A stretch of 64,000 nucleotides of DNA from Ancylonema sp. (lineage: Eukaryota): assembly GCA_050230475.1 (NCBI GenBank), contig JBFLGF010000005.1, positions 62,001 to 126,000 of the forward strand, written 5' to 3'. Positions 27,772-39,318 of this stretch are shown in pieces. Position numbers and translations under genes: made by a program. How positions within the stretch are numbered: position 1 is the stretch's first letter; each line of letters starts with the position of its first letter. The notes beneath the pieces are model-generated. The model saw only the letters and a list, made by a program, of their open reading frames with translations, had not been told where the DNA came from and did not search any database.

Positions 27772-29439
27772 TAGGGATGGGGCCCGACCCGCGACCCCAC
27801 CCGAACCCGCCACTCCGTTCGGATCGCGCAACGCCCGCTCCCGAGCAGGCCAAAGCCAACCAGCCCGACCCGCGGCACGGAGTCGCGAGTTGCGTGGAGT
27901 TGCGGGGCTGCGTCGGGGTTGCGTGTTGTTTTTTGGAGTTGCGTGTTGCATTTTGGGGTTGCGTGGGGTTGCGTGGGGTTACGAAAAACAATGAAAGAGG
28001 GAAAATACCGATCCCATTATAGGATCAATATCTCGATCTACAGTTCATATTTTTTGTCATGGATTTTCCTCATCTTGGAAGTGACGAAGCTTCTTCAGAG
28101 TCCCACATTTAGCACTCAATTGTGCTGACCAGTGAACGATTTGTAGTGTGGGGAGGCAGCCATGGCCGACGAAAGTAGCGGAGATAGAGCTCCAGAGAGC
28201 TCCGGTTTAGGCTCTGGTAATTCGCGCACATCTAGTTCCTCAACGGTATTTCCTGTGGGAGAAAAGGTATGCAGCTAGTATGTACACGCTTTGGTCAAGT
28301 GGGGGGTACACTTCGTATAGCATCGTAGTGGCGATAGCAAAACAAACAAAAAAGCAAACAAAGCTTGGGACTTTGTACAAAGCCTGGGGTTGGAGTGAAG
28401 AGTTGATGAAGATGAGGATGTACCGACGGGCTCACCGAAATTTACTCTTGAGTCCCTCCTTGACGACTTGAAGATGCCGTCCATTAGCATTGGTGACCTC
28501 CTTGCCTACAATATGGGATAGTTGATAGTATATTCTTGTTATACATGTGCCACTATGGGGGGTATACAAATTATGATTCCAGACTAGTCATCGTTTACGC
28601 TTCGGCAGTGCGGCACTTTTATTTATGACAATTTTGGTATGTATTACAATAAATTCATTACATGTGTCGGTCCGAACCCAATACGTGTAATGTTCGTTGC
28701 TAAACATCCACGTGCACTCTTTCACACCCACCTAAAAACATTACTCACACAACGGCCCCAAGTATTGATTATTTTTTGTCGTTATACTCCAAAACGCTCC
28801 AATGGTGTCACACTCCCATGAAATGATAACATTGTGAATTAGTATAAGAACTTTACATACAAGGGAACTTTACATATAAATGTAACGAACGACCGATTCT
28901 TATTTAATCCTTCAAAATAGTGAAGAAATGGGAATTGTTGTTGCGCAGCGAATAACACGAGTTGTACGGTTCAAAAGGTTTGTATTATGATAATGGAAAA
29001 ATGTACAAACGTTCGTTGCGTTATGGATGAAGACACTTTCAAGTGAAGAGAACCAACTATTCAATCAAAAGCCGAACATTGACTTCAAAGGCATGAAAAT
29101 TCGACATGCAAAAGAAATACAAGTTATGTTTACAGTGAGATTATCGAACTACCTTCATGATTGTATATTTCTCATGTGCAGTGCGTTACTAATAAGAACG
29201 CTCAACTCGCATTACAAGTATCATAAATTTGTTTCCAAACTCGTATGCATAATTTGCGGGTGAAAACCCTTTTTTGGGAGGTTTTTTGGGGTTGCGTGTT
29301 GCTTTTCGGGGTTGCGTGTTGCTTTTTGGGGTTGCGTGTTGCTACTTGGGGTTGCGTGTGGTTGGGTGGGGTTGCGTGGGGTTGCGAAAAAAACAACAAC
29401 ACGCAACCCAAAGGGGTTTGGGGTTGCGCCCCATCCTTA
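27772..29439 (+). mobile_element. Non-autonomous hAT (Ac-like TAGGGATG ends) element, copy 1
   Basis: TIRs tagggatggggc / gccccatcctta; arrays of ggggttgcgtg subterminal repeats; near-identical to 36005-37655 in reverse complement. Confidence 0.9.
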
Positions 29440-29447
29440 GATGGAAC

Positions 29448-30784
29448 CCGTTCGAAACGGCGCCTCGAGCGAAAGAAAAAGGGCGGAGCCTAAATTGTGT
29501 AGGCCCTATGCTGTAGGGGATTTGGCGCATTTTCGGCCCGCGGTAGGGGGTTACTCCCCGGCACCTACCCCCTACTGCTTTCCTACCGATTTTAGTGCCC
29601 CGCCCCTTTAGGGGGAAGGGCGGCGGTAGTCGGTAGGGAAATCGGTGGGGAGACGGTAGGAAGCAGAGGAAACTGTATGTTTTTTTTGTTCTAGCGTGAA
29701 GTCAAGTGTTTAAGTTGCAACAAAAAAAAAAAAAACCTAGTTCGATCTTTCACATTGGTTCTATAAACCAACGTGTACCAATATCCTTAGCTTCGCGTTA
29801 TGTTTATATTTTAGCTTTGAATGAATATGTGAAACCAAAATATAGTAACCGGTGGAAGAACTCGTTATATGATAATTGGTTGATAGCATGTATATAGTAA
29901 TTGGTTTGGTACAAACCGCAGAAGTAATTGGAGGGTCTATGTTCCGTATCGATCTCTACCGATCCCTACCAATTTTTTCCTGCAACCCGACCCCCTACAT
30001 AGCAAACCGCGGTTGGGCTAATTTCCCTAACCCCGCTACCGCATATATGGGCATCAGTAGCTACCATGGTAGGTACCACGGTAGGGCGGTATGAAGTAGA
30101 GTGGTAGGACAGTGTCGCCAACCCTAGGCAAACCCCTCCGAAAGCCGGAAGTCTCTCCCTTTTTTAAAGATTGACTCCACATTGATCGGGTTTTTTTTTT
30201 TTTTTTGGGTTTTCTCAAAAGAAAATATTTGGAATATCGAAAAACGCTTGGAAACTATGATTTTTGAACTTGGCTAATTTTTAGGGAGAGAGTGTGGGAA
30301 GTCGGAAAAGTGTGCCCGCAATCGCTTTAGGGGTGTGCTCGCAGTCTCTCCCTAAATAATAGTCCTCCGCAATGCGGAGATATGGTCGATTTTGTTAAAC
30401 TATTTGTGGAGATCATGGCTGCAAGACGCCATACGCCACACGTCAGTCATCACATGTTCTCCGCTATGATTCTGACTCCGTGGCGTGGCATTGCATAATG
30501 CGAGAAAAATAAAAATTAAAAACTTGGTAATTGAAAAAAAGAAAAGAAGACAACACGAATGAAGATGGTAGGCGTAATTGAAGTGTTGTGAAAACCCGAT
30601 ACTTGTCGGATTTTGCTTCTAAAAATGTACATGATCTACGTGGTCTTGGGTTTCTTTTTCAAGAAAACTACTAAACCTCTATTGCTCCGCCCGGGGGGGA
30701 ACAGTATTCGCCCGGGACGCCCTCACGGGGCGAGCCCGCCCGGGACGGCGCCCCGCCCCGGGAAAAATGGGGCGGAGCCAACTA
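29448..30784. mobile_element. Body and one TIR of a composite TIR element (TAGTTGGCTCCGCCCC family); its other TIR lies at 37701-37716
   Basis: Ends ggggcggagccaacta (30769-30784). Internal blocks are shared with 58545-59140. The same TIR occurs at 42517. Confidence 0.6.
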
Positions 30785-33700
30785 TGCGTGGGAAGTAGAG
30801 ATCCTTTTTACCAGGTCAAAAGAAACCGGAATTTTCTAAAAGTAACCCGGAAATACCCTGGTGCACCCTAAAAACCCCTTAACTAACTGGAAATATCGCG
30901 CAAAATCTTGAAATGCCATATATACCGTGAGATTACTCTACCCCAACAACAGATGTATAGGAAAAAAGAGACATGAAGCATTTCATACTGGAAGAAAAAA
31001 TCATTTCTATTAATACTTATATTATTTTGTAAAGAGACCCAATTGTGTGTATAAATTTTGTCGTACGGTTGTCGGCCTTAACATGCTACGCAAAAAATCC
31101 ATTTTATCACCAAGTAGTTTCACATAATTTAACTCTTGCTAGTATTTGTCCCTCGGCGTGAAGTAGTGTTCTACACAATTACGCTATGCAAGTGTGATGG
31201 GTTTAGATAACGTCTAGATATGAGTTAAGAATCATCTGCAAACCTACTTAGTGGGTGCAGCAAAGGCCGATATATATCCGTATAACTTATCATCAATCTT
31301 ATATCCGCACCGGAGCCACACCAAAGTCGTGAGAACCAATGAGTTATCAAGACCACGCCTACGAATTCTACCGAGCACCCTAAAAACCAGCAGACCCGAG
31401 ACCGCACGTCAAGTTGACCTCTCCGCGGATTTTGCACTTTCGAGAGTTGTGCCTCGACAAACTTTTAATCCGCGCTGATTTGTAGCCGATGCACGTTAGA
31501 CCACCATCAAAATATAACGAAGGACAATCTTATTTGGACACTTAAAAATAGGGATGGGGAAGATGACACATTGAATCCCTATTCATTTATTATCAATGCC
31601 ACCGTTTAATACCGATGTAAAATTGCCCCCAAAACTTTAGTAGAGCACCATTGTCAGGCCTTGTTTTTTTTTACACTTAGGCCGCCCTAAGAATCGTTCA
31701 CACTTCACCCATAAAAAAAATTGTCGGATGTAAGAATTGTTAATTTTATATATTTAGGGATGTTCCTTCAGGATTCTCTTATATTTTTAACCTTATTGAT
31801 TACTGCCGGTATTTTCTGGGGTATCTCCAACTCTACCTAAAAACATATATCCGGGCAAGTCATGATACACTAACGTTCCGCACAATCGAGGAGAACCGAG
31901 CTACTACTAGTGTGTGGGGGGGGGCAACCGAATACTCTGGTCTCCGGGCTCAAACGGATCCGTGCTCAAGTTCGGAGGCCATAGCCCAGCTCGGAGCCCG
32001 GAGCTATGATCCAAACCCGGAGCCATGCCGGAGGCAGGCCCCGGATCCCAGATTGAAGCCAAAATCTCACAAACTTACAAAAGAAGGGATTAAAAATAAT
32101 CATCAGAAATAAAAAAGATATTCGATTACCGGACAACATATTTGGCTGACATATGCAATATAAACCGTTGAGAGGTATGTATAGGTAGGTATGTAGTGAG
32201 AGATATGTATGTAGTGATTAATTTATCGAGGTGCGCGAGGTATGTTGCTATTATGAACAACAGAGATAGTTTTCTTTCTTTATGAACGACATTTGAGTGC
32301 TATTTATGAGTTGCTTGTACTTGATATATACACACTAACACACGTAGAATGGTTTGCAAACCAGCATTTGAGGCCCGAACTTTGGCCTTCGTTTTGTTTT
32401 TTCAGCCCAACACTTCAGCTAACCAAGAAAAAATTATGGAGCTAAAAACGTGGCGGGTACATGAAATACTCATATAGGACTTTTTTGGGTAGTCTTATTG
32501 CATGTAAGAGTCCCTCTACACAAAAAATCCAAGATTGTATTTCTGATGGCGTGGTTTCTTATGCCCAAATCGGAAGAATTTCGGCGGGGGGCGGAAATGC
32601 CGAGAAGTGAAGGTCCTCAAAACGAAGTCTCGGATAACAAGTTTTGAAACTATTATGTTTCACTTTCCGGTCAATAAGCTGCCGAGATAACGAAAACTTT
32701 GGTCTAATAACAATCTTTTGATGTTTATTTCATTCCCCGCCAAATGCTCCCCCGCTATGAGTTTAACGACCCTCCGTATGATTACATTCCAATCTACAAA
32801 GAAGAGTATTGATTGTCCTACAATGCATGCATAAATCCTACTTGTGAATTACGCAAATGTGTGATATGTTAAGAATTTCGGAAATTAATTTGGGTTAGTA
32901 GGCGTGCGTATGTTATAAACACGTCCACAACAAACATACAACATTTCCCAATTACTTTACGGCAGACCATTTCTCATAAACATATGATGATCAAAATTGC
33001 TCTTCTCTTTGCTTAGCTACACATTCCCTCGATATACATTCTACAACGACAAGGAATTAAACGACATAGTTTTCCGCATGCCGTCAATATTTGGGTGACG
33101 TGAAAGCCGATGTGTGGTAGAGGTGCGTTGTGTATACAAATACGAGACACACGCCAACGGTCCGGCTTCCGGTTTGCTTTTTTATATGTGTTTGCCCGTC
33201 ACATTTCATGTGATCCAACCTTCGTCAGCCCCTAAAACCCCTAGTATGGTAGATTTGCCGACTGTCGGCTGTCGATTGCCGATTTCCGGTTGTTGTCGAT
33301 GACTTTCACTTGATATTGGGTAACACCAACTATTAAACATCAAATTCCATCCACACCTTCGCAAAGTATTTGCGTTTGTTGCTAGGTATTATAGGGAAAT
33401 GGTGAGCACAAAGGCAACGACAACGTGCGGGATATTGCGGAAAGTTCACGGCCTAGTTTTGAGGGTGGTTTGGATTGTGGAATTCGACATCTCCAAAATG
33501 AAAAGCACATTTATTTAACTTTGTTCAAACACAAGCAACAACAAGCAAGTGTCATATTTCTAAGATTTCACAATTTGCATTATTTTGCCGACGAGGTAGA
33601 AAGTTGAGGGAGTAGTGTTTTGGAGCTATGTATGCCACATGAGTGGTGGAGTGGGCAATGGGAGTGAACTATGCCGCACGCAGGGATGGTGAAGACAACA

Positions 33701-34116
33701 CATTACATGAGTGAAGGATTGTTGTCCACACCATGCAACCCCAAACATAGTCCTTTAACAAGCGATCTCATGCATTGCATATGTACAAAGCATACTACCA
33801 AATATTTTTTGTTTGAAAATTCTCGTCTTAAAAGTTTCAACACAAAGGAGAGAACAACAACACAAAATACAACCTACGCATCTCTCTGCAGCTCGTAAGC
33901 AATGGTGAAACGTGGGAAACAAGTCTGAAATGATCGTCAATACAATCTTTGAGTTACCTCTACAACTAATGGGGAATGTCCACTAGTTATGGCACCTCTG
34001 TATCGTCTCATGATTTTCCTGACACGTTACTAAACGGAAAATAATTTGAGTGGAGGGCTGGCCACAATGGTTGCCGTCGGAGGGCTTATGCTATTTATTG
34101 ACCACACTGACTCATT

Positions 34117-35604
34117 TTAGTGATTGTTGTCTAGGCTATAAACGTCTCCGTGATCATGATGGTGAAACAACTTAGTCAAGACTCCCACTGTAACTAGAAC
34201 AGACCCCACAAGCAACTTATCGTATTTTTCTATCCATTGGAATTTTAATTGGCTACTGCCATAAAACGAAAGAGCCACTAGGGTCAACATAACACCGAGA
34301 GTAGATATCAACAACACCAACACAGCCATAAACATGGCACCCTTCGAAGCATTTCCCACGGCAAGAAATACAGGGAGCGTTGTGGCGCATGGGGAGAGAG
34401 CAGGGACCTGCATGTCACAAAAGTTGTCGAGAGTTTCACACCTCTGTACAAGATGGTCTTCCCCTTTCTTCCCTTCCACTCCACCCTCTCCACCTTCTAG
34501 ATCAATGTGACATATTAAAACCCTCTTCATGCCTCAACTCCTTTCAAGAAATATAGAAAGTTGCGAATCCCTCATTCCCATTCAATGGTACTCGAGCTTC
34601 CTTACAAGAATGAGGCCGGCTACAGCCATTTTCTCCACATTCCCTCCGTGGTTGTGTGCATGGCCGTGTCCGCCGTGCCCGATCATGAACAAGACTATGT
34701 AGGCAGCGCCGAGGAATACAAGGAGCAGAGAAGCTATATTGTTCACGGCCTCTTCACCGGCAATCGAGTGAGCCATGGTTATGGCAGTGAAGCCGAGGAG
34801 GGACGTGGATAAAACATGGCAAACAGCTCCCCCCGCAGCTGCGGGCGTAGAGGAACGTTAAAAAAGCCGGCCGAAGTTGTCAAAATCAGCCCAGAATCAA
34901 GAAGAAGTGTAACCTAAGGTAAATAGCGACTTAAGTTGTCTCATGTTTTTCAAATCTAGAAGAGAAGTAGTCATAGGATGAGGAGATCTGGCATGAGTAA
35001 AGACGTTCGCAGTACATGACATTGCCCGGTGGATTTAAGAGACCGAACACTTCGCGAATAGGTCGACAACTGGGTCGATCTGTTCGGGAACTTCATGGAA
35101 AGTCTGTCAACTGCTTATCATGTAGACATTCGCATCATGTACTCCCACTCGTCGTTGTATACGTAATCTGACCAGTACTTACGTATCTAATGGCTAGGTT
35201 CCAACCGATGTCGCAAAGCTAAGGTTTAAATCCCAAAGAGCTCGACCAGGACAAGATTCCTGGTCTTCATTATCTCCCATGCGTCGCAATTCTAGCAGTA
35301 GTATATAAGATTCCATCTTGACTGTCTCTATCTAGGTATCGTTGGACAACAGCGATGACGATGACGATGAAGACGATGACGATGACGATGATTGACGATG
35401 TCGTACTTCAACAGAAACTTTGGCGCTGCAAGAATTCAGAAAGGACCTCGGCGACTTACTGACAAGAAGAGTCTGCGTGATTGTCCACTTCTGCGCTCTG
35501 CCTACGACTGAACATGGGAGCCAATGGGTCGGAATGAAGGAGTGCAGAATGGAGACCGTCGCAATGCCACCAAAAGTTGATAACTCAGCTGCGTCCACTG
35601 CCAT
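34117..35604 (-). CDS. Conserved plant multi-pass membrane protein with His-rich loop (NiCoT/RcnA-like putative metal transporter), 3 exons
   Basis: Exons 35604-35460, 34838-34606, 34407-34117. Motifs LHSFIPTHWLP, GHGGHGHAHNH, VPALSPCATTLPVFLAVG, C-terminal HHHDH. Confidence 0.85.
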
Positions 35605-36004
35605 TATTGGGTGCAGGTCCAGAACTAGAGCAATATGTTTATGTAACTAAAATAACAGGAAAGGACTGTGACAACTGGCCAAATCACACGTGCCTTTGAA
35701 TTCGTTCTGGTCATAAGGCACCCCCTTCCGTGAGAACGTGGTCCACAAAATATATCACTAGACACTTCCGCGCCACTAGGAATTCTCCGAGGGGTTGAAA
35801 AACTATTGATTTTTTTGGGCAGAGAAGATGCAGAAAGTGGAGGATGTTGGCCACGGCTCGTGTTTGACTGAAGGAAGGGGGGGGAGGTCGAATCCTGTCT
35901 TCTGCGAGTCGGGGGACCCGCTCGCATGGTAGTCCCGACCGCGGTCGCATAATCCCCTGTTGGGCTGGGTTTTTAAGCCCTGGAAATCCCGGCTGTCAAT
36001 TAAT

Positions 36005-37655
36005 TAAGGATGGGGCGCAACCCCAAACCCCTTTGGGTTGCGTGTTGTTGTTTTTTTCGCAACCCCACGCAACCCCACCCAACCACACGCAACCCCAAGT
36101 AGCAACACGCAACCCCAAAAAGCAACACGCAACCCCGAAAAGCAACACGCAACCCCAAAAAACCTCCCAAAAAAGGGTTTTCACCCGCAAATTATGCATA
36201 CGAGTTTGGAAACAAATTTATGATACTTGTAATGCGAGTTGAGCGTTCTTATTAGTAACGCACTGCACATGAGAAATATACAATCATGAAGGTAGTTCGA
36301 TAATCTCACTGTAAACATAACTTGTATTTCTTTTGCATGTCGAATTTTCATGCCTTTGAAGTCAATGTTCGGCTTTTGATTGAATAGTTGGTTCTCTTCA
36401 CTTGAAAGTGTCTTCATCCATAACGCAACGAACGTTTGTACATTTTTCCATTATCATAATACAAACCTTTTGAACCGTACAACTCGTGTTATTCGCTGCG
36501 CAACAACAATTCCCATTTCTTCACTATTTTGAAGGATTAAATAAGAATCGGTCGTTCGTTACATTTATATGTAAAGTTCCCTTGTATGTAAAGTTCTTAT
36601 ACTAATTCACAATGTTATCATTTCATGGGAGTGTGACACCATTGGAGCGTTTTGGAGTATAACGACAAAAAATAATCAATACTTGGGGCCGTTGTGTGAG
36701 TAATGTTTTTAGGTGGGTGTGAAAGAGTGCACGTGGATGTTTAGCAACGAACATTACACGTATTGGGTTCGGACCGACACATGTAATGAATTTATTGTAA
36801 TACATACCAAAATTGTCATAAATAAAAGTGCCGCACTGCCGAAGCGTAAACGATGACTAGTCTGGAATCATAATTTGTATACCCCCCATAGTGGCACATG
36901 TATAACAAGAATATACTATCAACTATCCCATATTGTAGGCAAGGAGGTCACCAATGCTAATGGACGGCATCTTCAAGTCGTCAAAGAGGGACTCAAGAGT
37001 AAATTTCGGTGAGCCCGTCGGTACATCCTCATCTTCATCAACTCTTCACTCCAACCCCAGGCTTTGTACAAAGTCCCAAGCTTTGTTTGCTTTTTTGTTT
37101 GTTTTGCTATCGCCACTACGATGCTATACGAAGTGTACCCCCCACTTGACCAAAGCGTGTACATACTAGCTGCATACCTTTTCTCCCACAGGAAATACCG
37201 TTGAGGAACTAGATGTGCGCGAATTACCAGAGCCTGAACCGGAGCTCTCTGGAGCTCTATCTCCGCTACTTTCGTCGGCCATGGCTGCCTCCCCACACTA
37301 CAAATCGTTCACTGGTCAGCACAATTGAGTGCTAAATGTGGGACTCTGAAGAAGCTTCGTCACTTCCAAGATGAGGAAAATCCATGACAAAAAATATGAA
37401 CTGTAGATCGAGATATTGATCCTATAATGGGATCGGTATTTTCCCTCTTTCATTGTTTTTCGTAACCCCACGCAACCCCACGCAACCCCAAAATGCAACA
37501 CGCAACTCCAAAAAACAACACGCAACCCCGACGCAGCCCCGCAACTCCACGCAACTCGCGACTCCGTGCCGCGGGTCGGGCTGGTTGGCTTTGGCCTGCT
37601 CGGGGGCGGGCGTTGCGCGATCCGAACGGAGTTGCGGGGTTGGACCCCATCCCTA
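36005..37655 (-). mobile_element. Non-autonomous hAT element, copy 2 (inverted relative to copy 1)
   Basis: Reverse complement of 27772-29439 with a few SNPs and a ~17-bp indel near the TAGGG end; mirrored identical ORFs in the track. Confidence 0.9.
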
Positions 37656-37932
37656 GTTCCATCTGAGCGGTTATTCATACGAATTTTTTTTCATTCGCTC
37701 GGGGCGAAGCCAACTCGGGCAGCAGTAGGGAACCGGCAGACGGAGCAAGTCCCTACTGCGAGCCGAAAATGCAGAGTCCCAAATCAGCCATGGACGGACA
37801 GACAATTTCTCGTGGCCATCGCAGTAGAAGGCGTCTCTCGGATTCTTACATTTCTTCGACCCCACTGTTGTGATGAGAGTTTGCCAAATAGCGCTATAAG
37901 TATTTTATTTGCCAGCCTTCCCGGTCTGGTCG

Positions 37933-38901
37933 ATGGTGGACGTAAAACCAAGGATACCTCATGCCCGGCCATCGATGAAAGGGCCGCCGGAGGTGCGTGT
38001 GTCTGAGCCGGCTCAAGATTGGCTCATGCCTGTTCAAAGGGCTCTTATAAACACCCAGGGCGTCTTCTTCATCAAAGACGTTCCTCCAACTGTCCGCTTT
38101 GAGGAGGGCGACGAAAATTCGGCCAACTGCAATTGGGACTTCTCCTCTAAGCTTGCTCGAAGGATCAGCAAATCGTTCCTGATGGCTACTCAGAATAACC
38201 CCTACATTCTGCATCCGGCTGTTGACACGTTTGACGGTCCTCTGCAGAGTACCTGCCTTCTCAGCACGTGCAGTGCGGGGCTCCTCAATCATTATACCGA
38301 TAAATGTTTTTTCAGTATTTGGTATGGTGATCGAATGAAATTCATGGGACTGGAACTGTTGCTCAAAGGTTCCTTTTGGCGACCTGCAGATTACATTCGA
38401 GATGATACGAATGAATTCGTGGCTCTTGTAGTACCAGGATTCGCTCTGCAAGCTTTTGATGAGTGTTTCCAGGCAGTACAACTGCGTTTCAGACCCGGAT
38501 TCCCAAAACGGAGCACTTGCATGGTGTTTGCATGTGCCCCAAGTTCTGACTTCCGACTTCCATCTGGAAAGACAGTGGATGAGGCTAGACAAACTGTAGG
38601 TCCTCAACAGATGCCCCACACTGATTCTGTGCCTGAACAACTTTTGATAGCAGACGTGCAGTCACCATGCGGGAAGTACAGAGCGGTTTTGCGAGTAGAT
38701 GCAGAGTTGACGGCCGACGAGTTGAAAAGTCTCTTTGTACAACACAGTGAGTGGTGCGTAGACCCAAGAGATTTGGGACTCATCTGCCAAAGTCAGGAGG
38801 GTTTCTTCTTTGAGGGAAGTACCCTTGCCAAACTGGCCACTACCATGAACATGGCAAAGGAGTTCAAATTTACAGCGCACCCGAAACTACCATGGTTGTA
38901 G
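37933..38901 (+). CDS. Intronless hypothetical protein (322 aa) with probable C-terminal ubiquitin-like domain
   Basis: Uninterrupted ~970-bp ORF with globular-protein composition. The C-terminal ~85 aa follow a beta-grasp-like pattern (by eye). Confidence 0.65.
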   Translation: MVDVKPRIPHARPSMKGPPEVRVSEPAQDWLMPVQRALINTQGVFFIKDVPPTVRFEEGDENSANCNWDFSSKLARRISKSFLMATQNNPYILHPAVDTFDGPLQSTCLLSTCSAGLLNHYTDKCFFSIWYGDRMKFMGLELLLKGSFWRPADYIRDDTNEFVALVVPGFALQAFDECFQAVQLRFRPGFPKRSTCMVFACAPSSDFRLPSGKTVDEARQTVGPQQMPHTDSVPEQLLIADVQSPCGKYRAVLRVDAELTADELKSLFVQHSEWCVDPRDLGLICQSQEGFFFEGSTLAKLATTMNMAKEFKFTAHPKLPWL

Positions 38902-39177
38902 TTGGGCACTCAAAAAGCTACTCTGATGGTGCCGTGTTAAGTACAGATCCGTCGTGATACCTCCGGAAGAGTATGTCGAGAAAGTTAGGATCAGTTTTTG
39001 ATTGTCCCATCTTTTATCAGGTTTCAAATGTCTACATGTATTAGGTGTATGAAAGCGGAGAAGGTATATAATTTGTCTTCAAAGTCGACCCGAATGCCAC
39101 TAACGAGCGACAAGCACTAGAGACAGAATCGGAGGCAGACAGTGTTGGAGGTTCTTGGTAGTTGCTAAGAGGAACAA

Positions 39178-39211
39178 GTTTGAGTTTGAGTTTGAGTTTG
39201 AGTTTGAGTTT
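39178..39211. repeat. (GTTTGA)n hexamer microsatellite
   Basis: About 5.5 perfect units. Confidence 0.9.
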
Positions 39212-39284
39212 CCATGATGAGATATATTATACTTTACGACGCATAATTTTTTTTTTGTCAACCTACCTCCCTCCCCTCCTCTCG

Positions 39285-39318
<34 letters not shown>

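Noticed and set aside
27890..29430. ggggttgcgtg repeats resembling a CRISPR or telomere-like array
   Set aside because: No unique spacers and no cas genes; eukaryotic context. They are hAT subterminal repeats.
29514..30126. Putative ggtagg-repeat hAT MITE
   Set aside because: TIR match is poor and no TSD was found; probably a TE, but boundaries are unsupported
30796..31835. Possible hAT relic with taccc-like repeats
   Set aside because: No convincing TIR pair or TSD
27772..37655. One 9.9-kb composite transposon carrying the membrane gene
   Set aside because: Outer flanks (attaatta vs gttccatc) are not a TSD; the swapped pattern fits two insertions plus an inversion
37894..38640. 248-aa antisense ORF
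   Set aside because: Shadow of the plus-strand ORF; non-ATG start and no motifs
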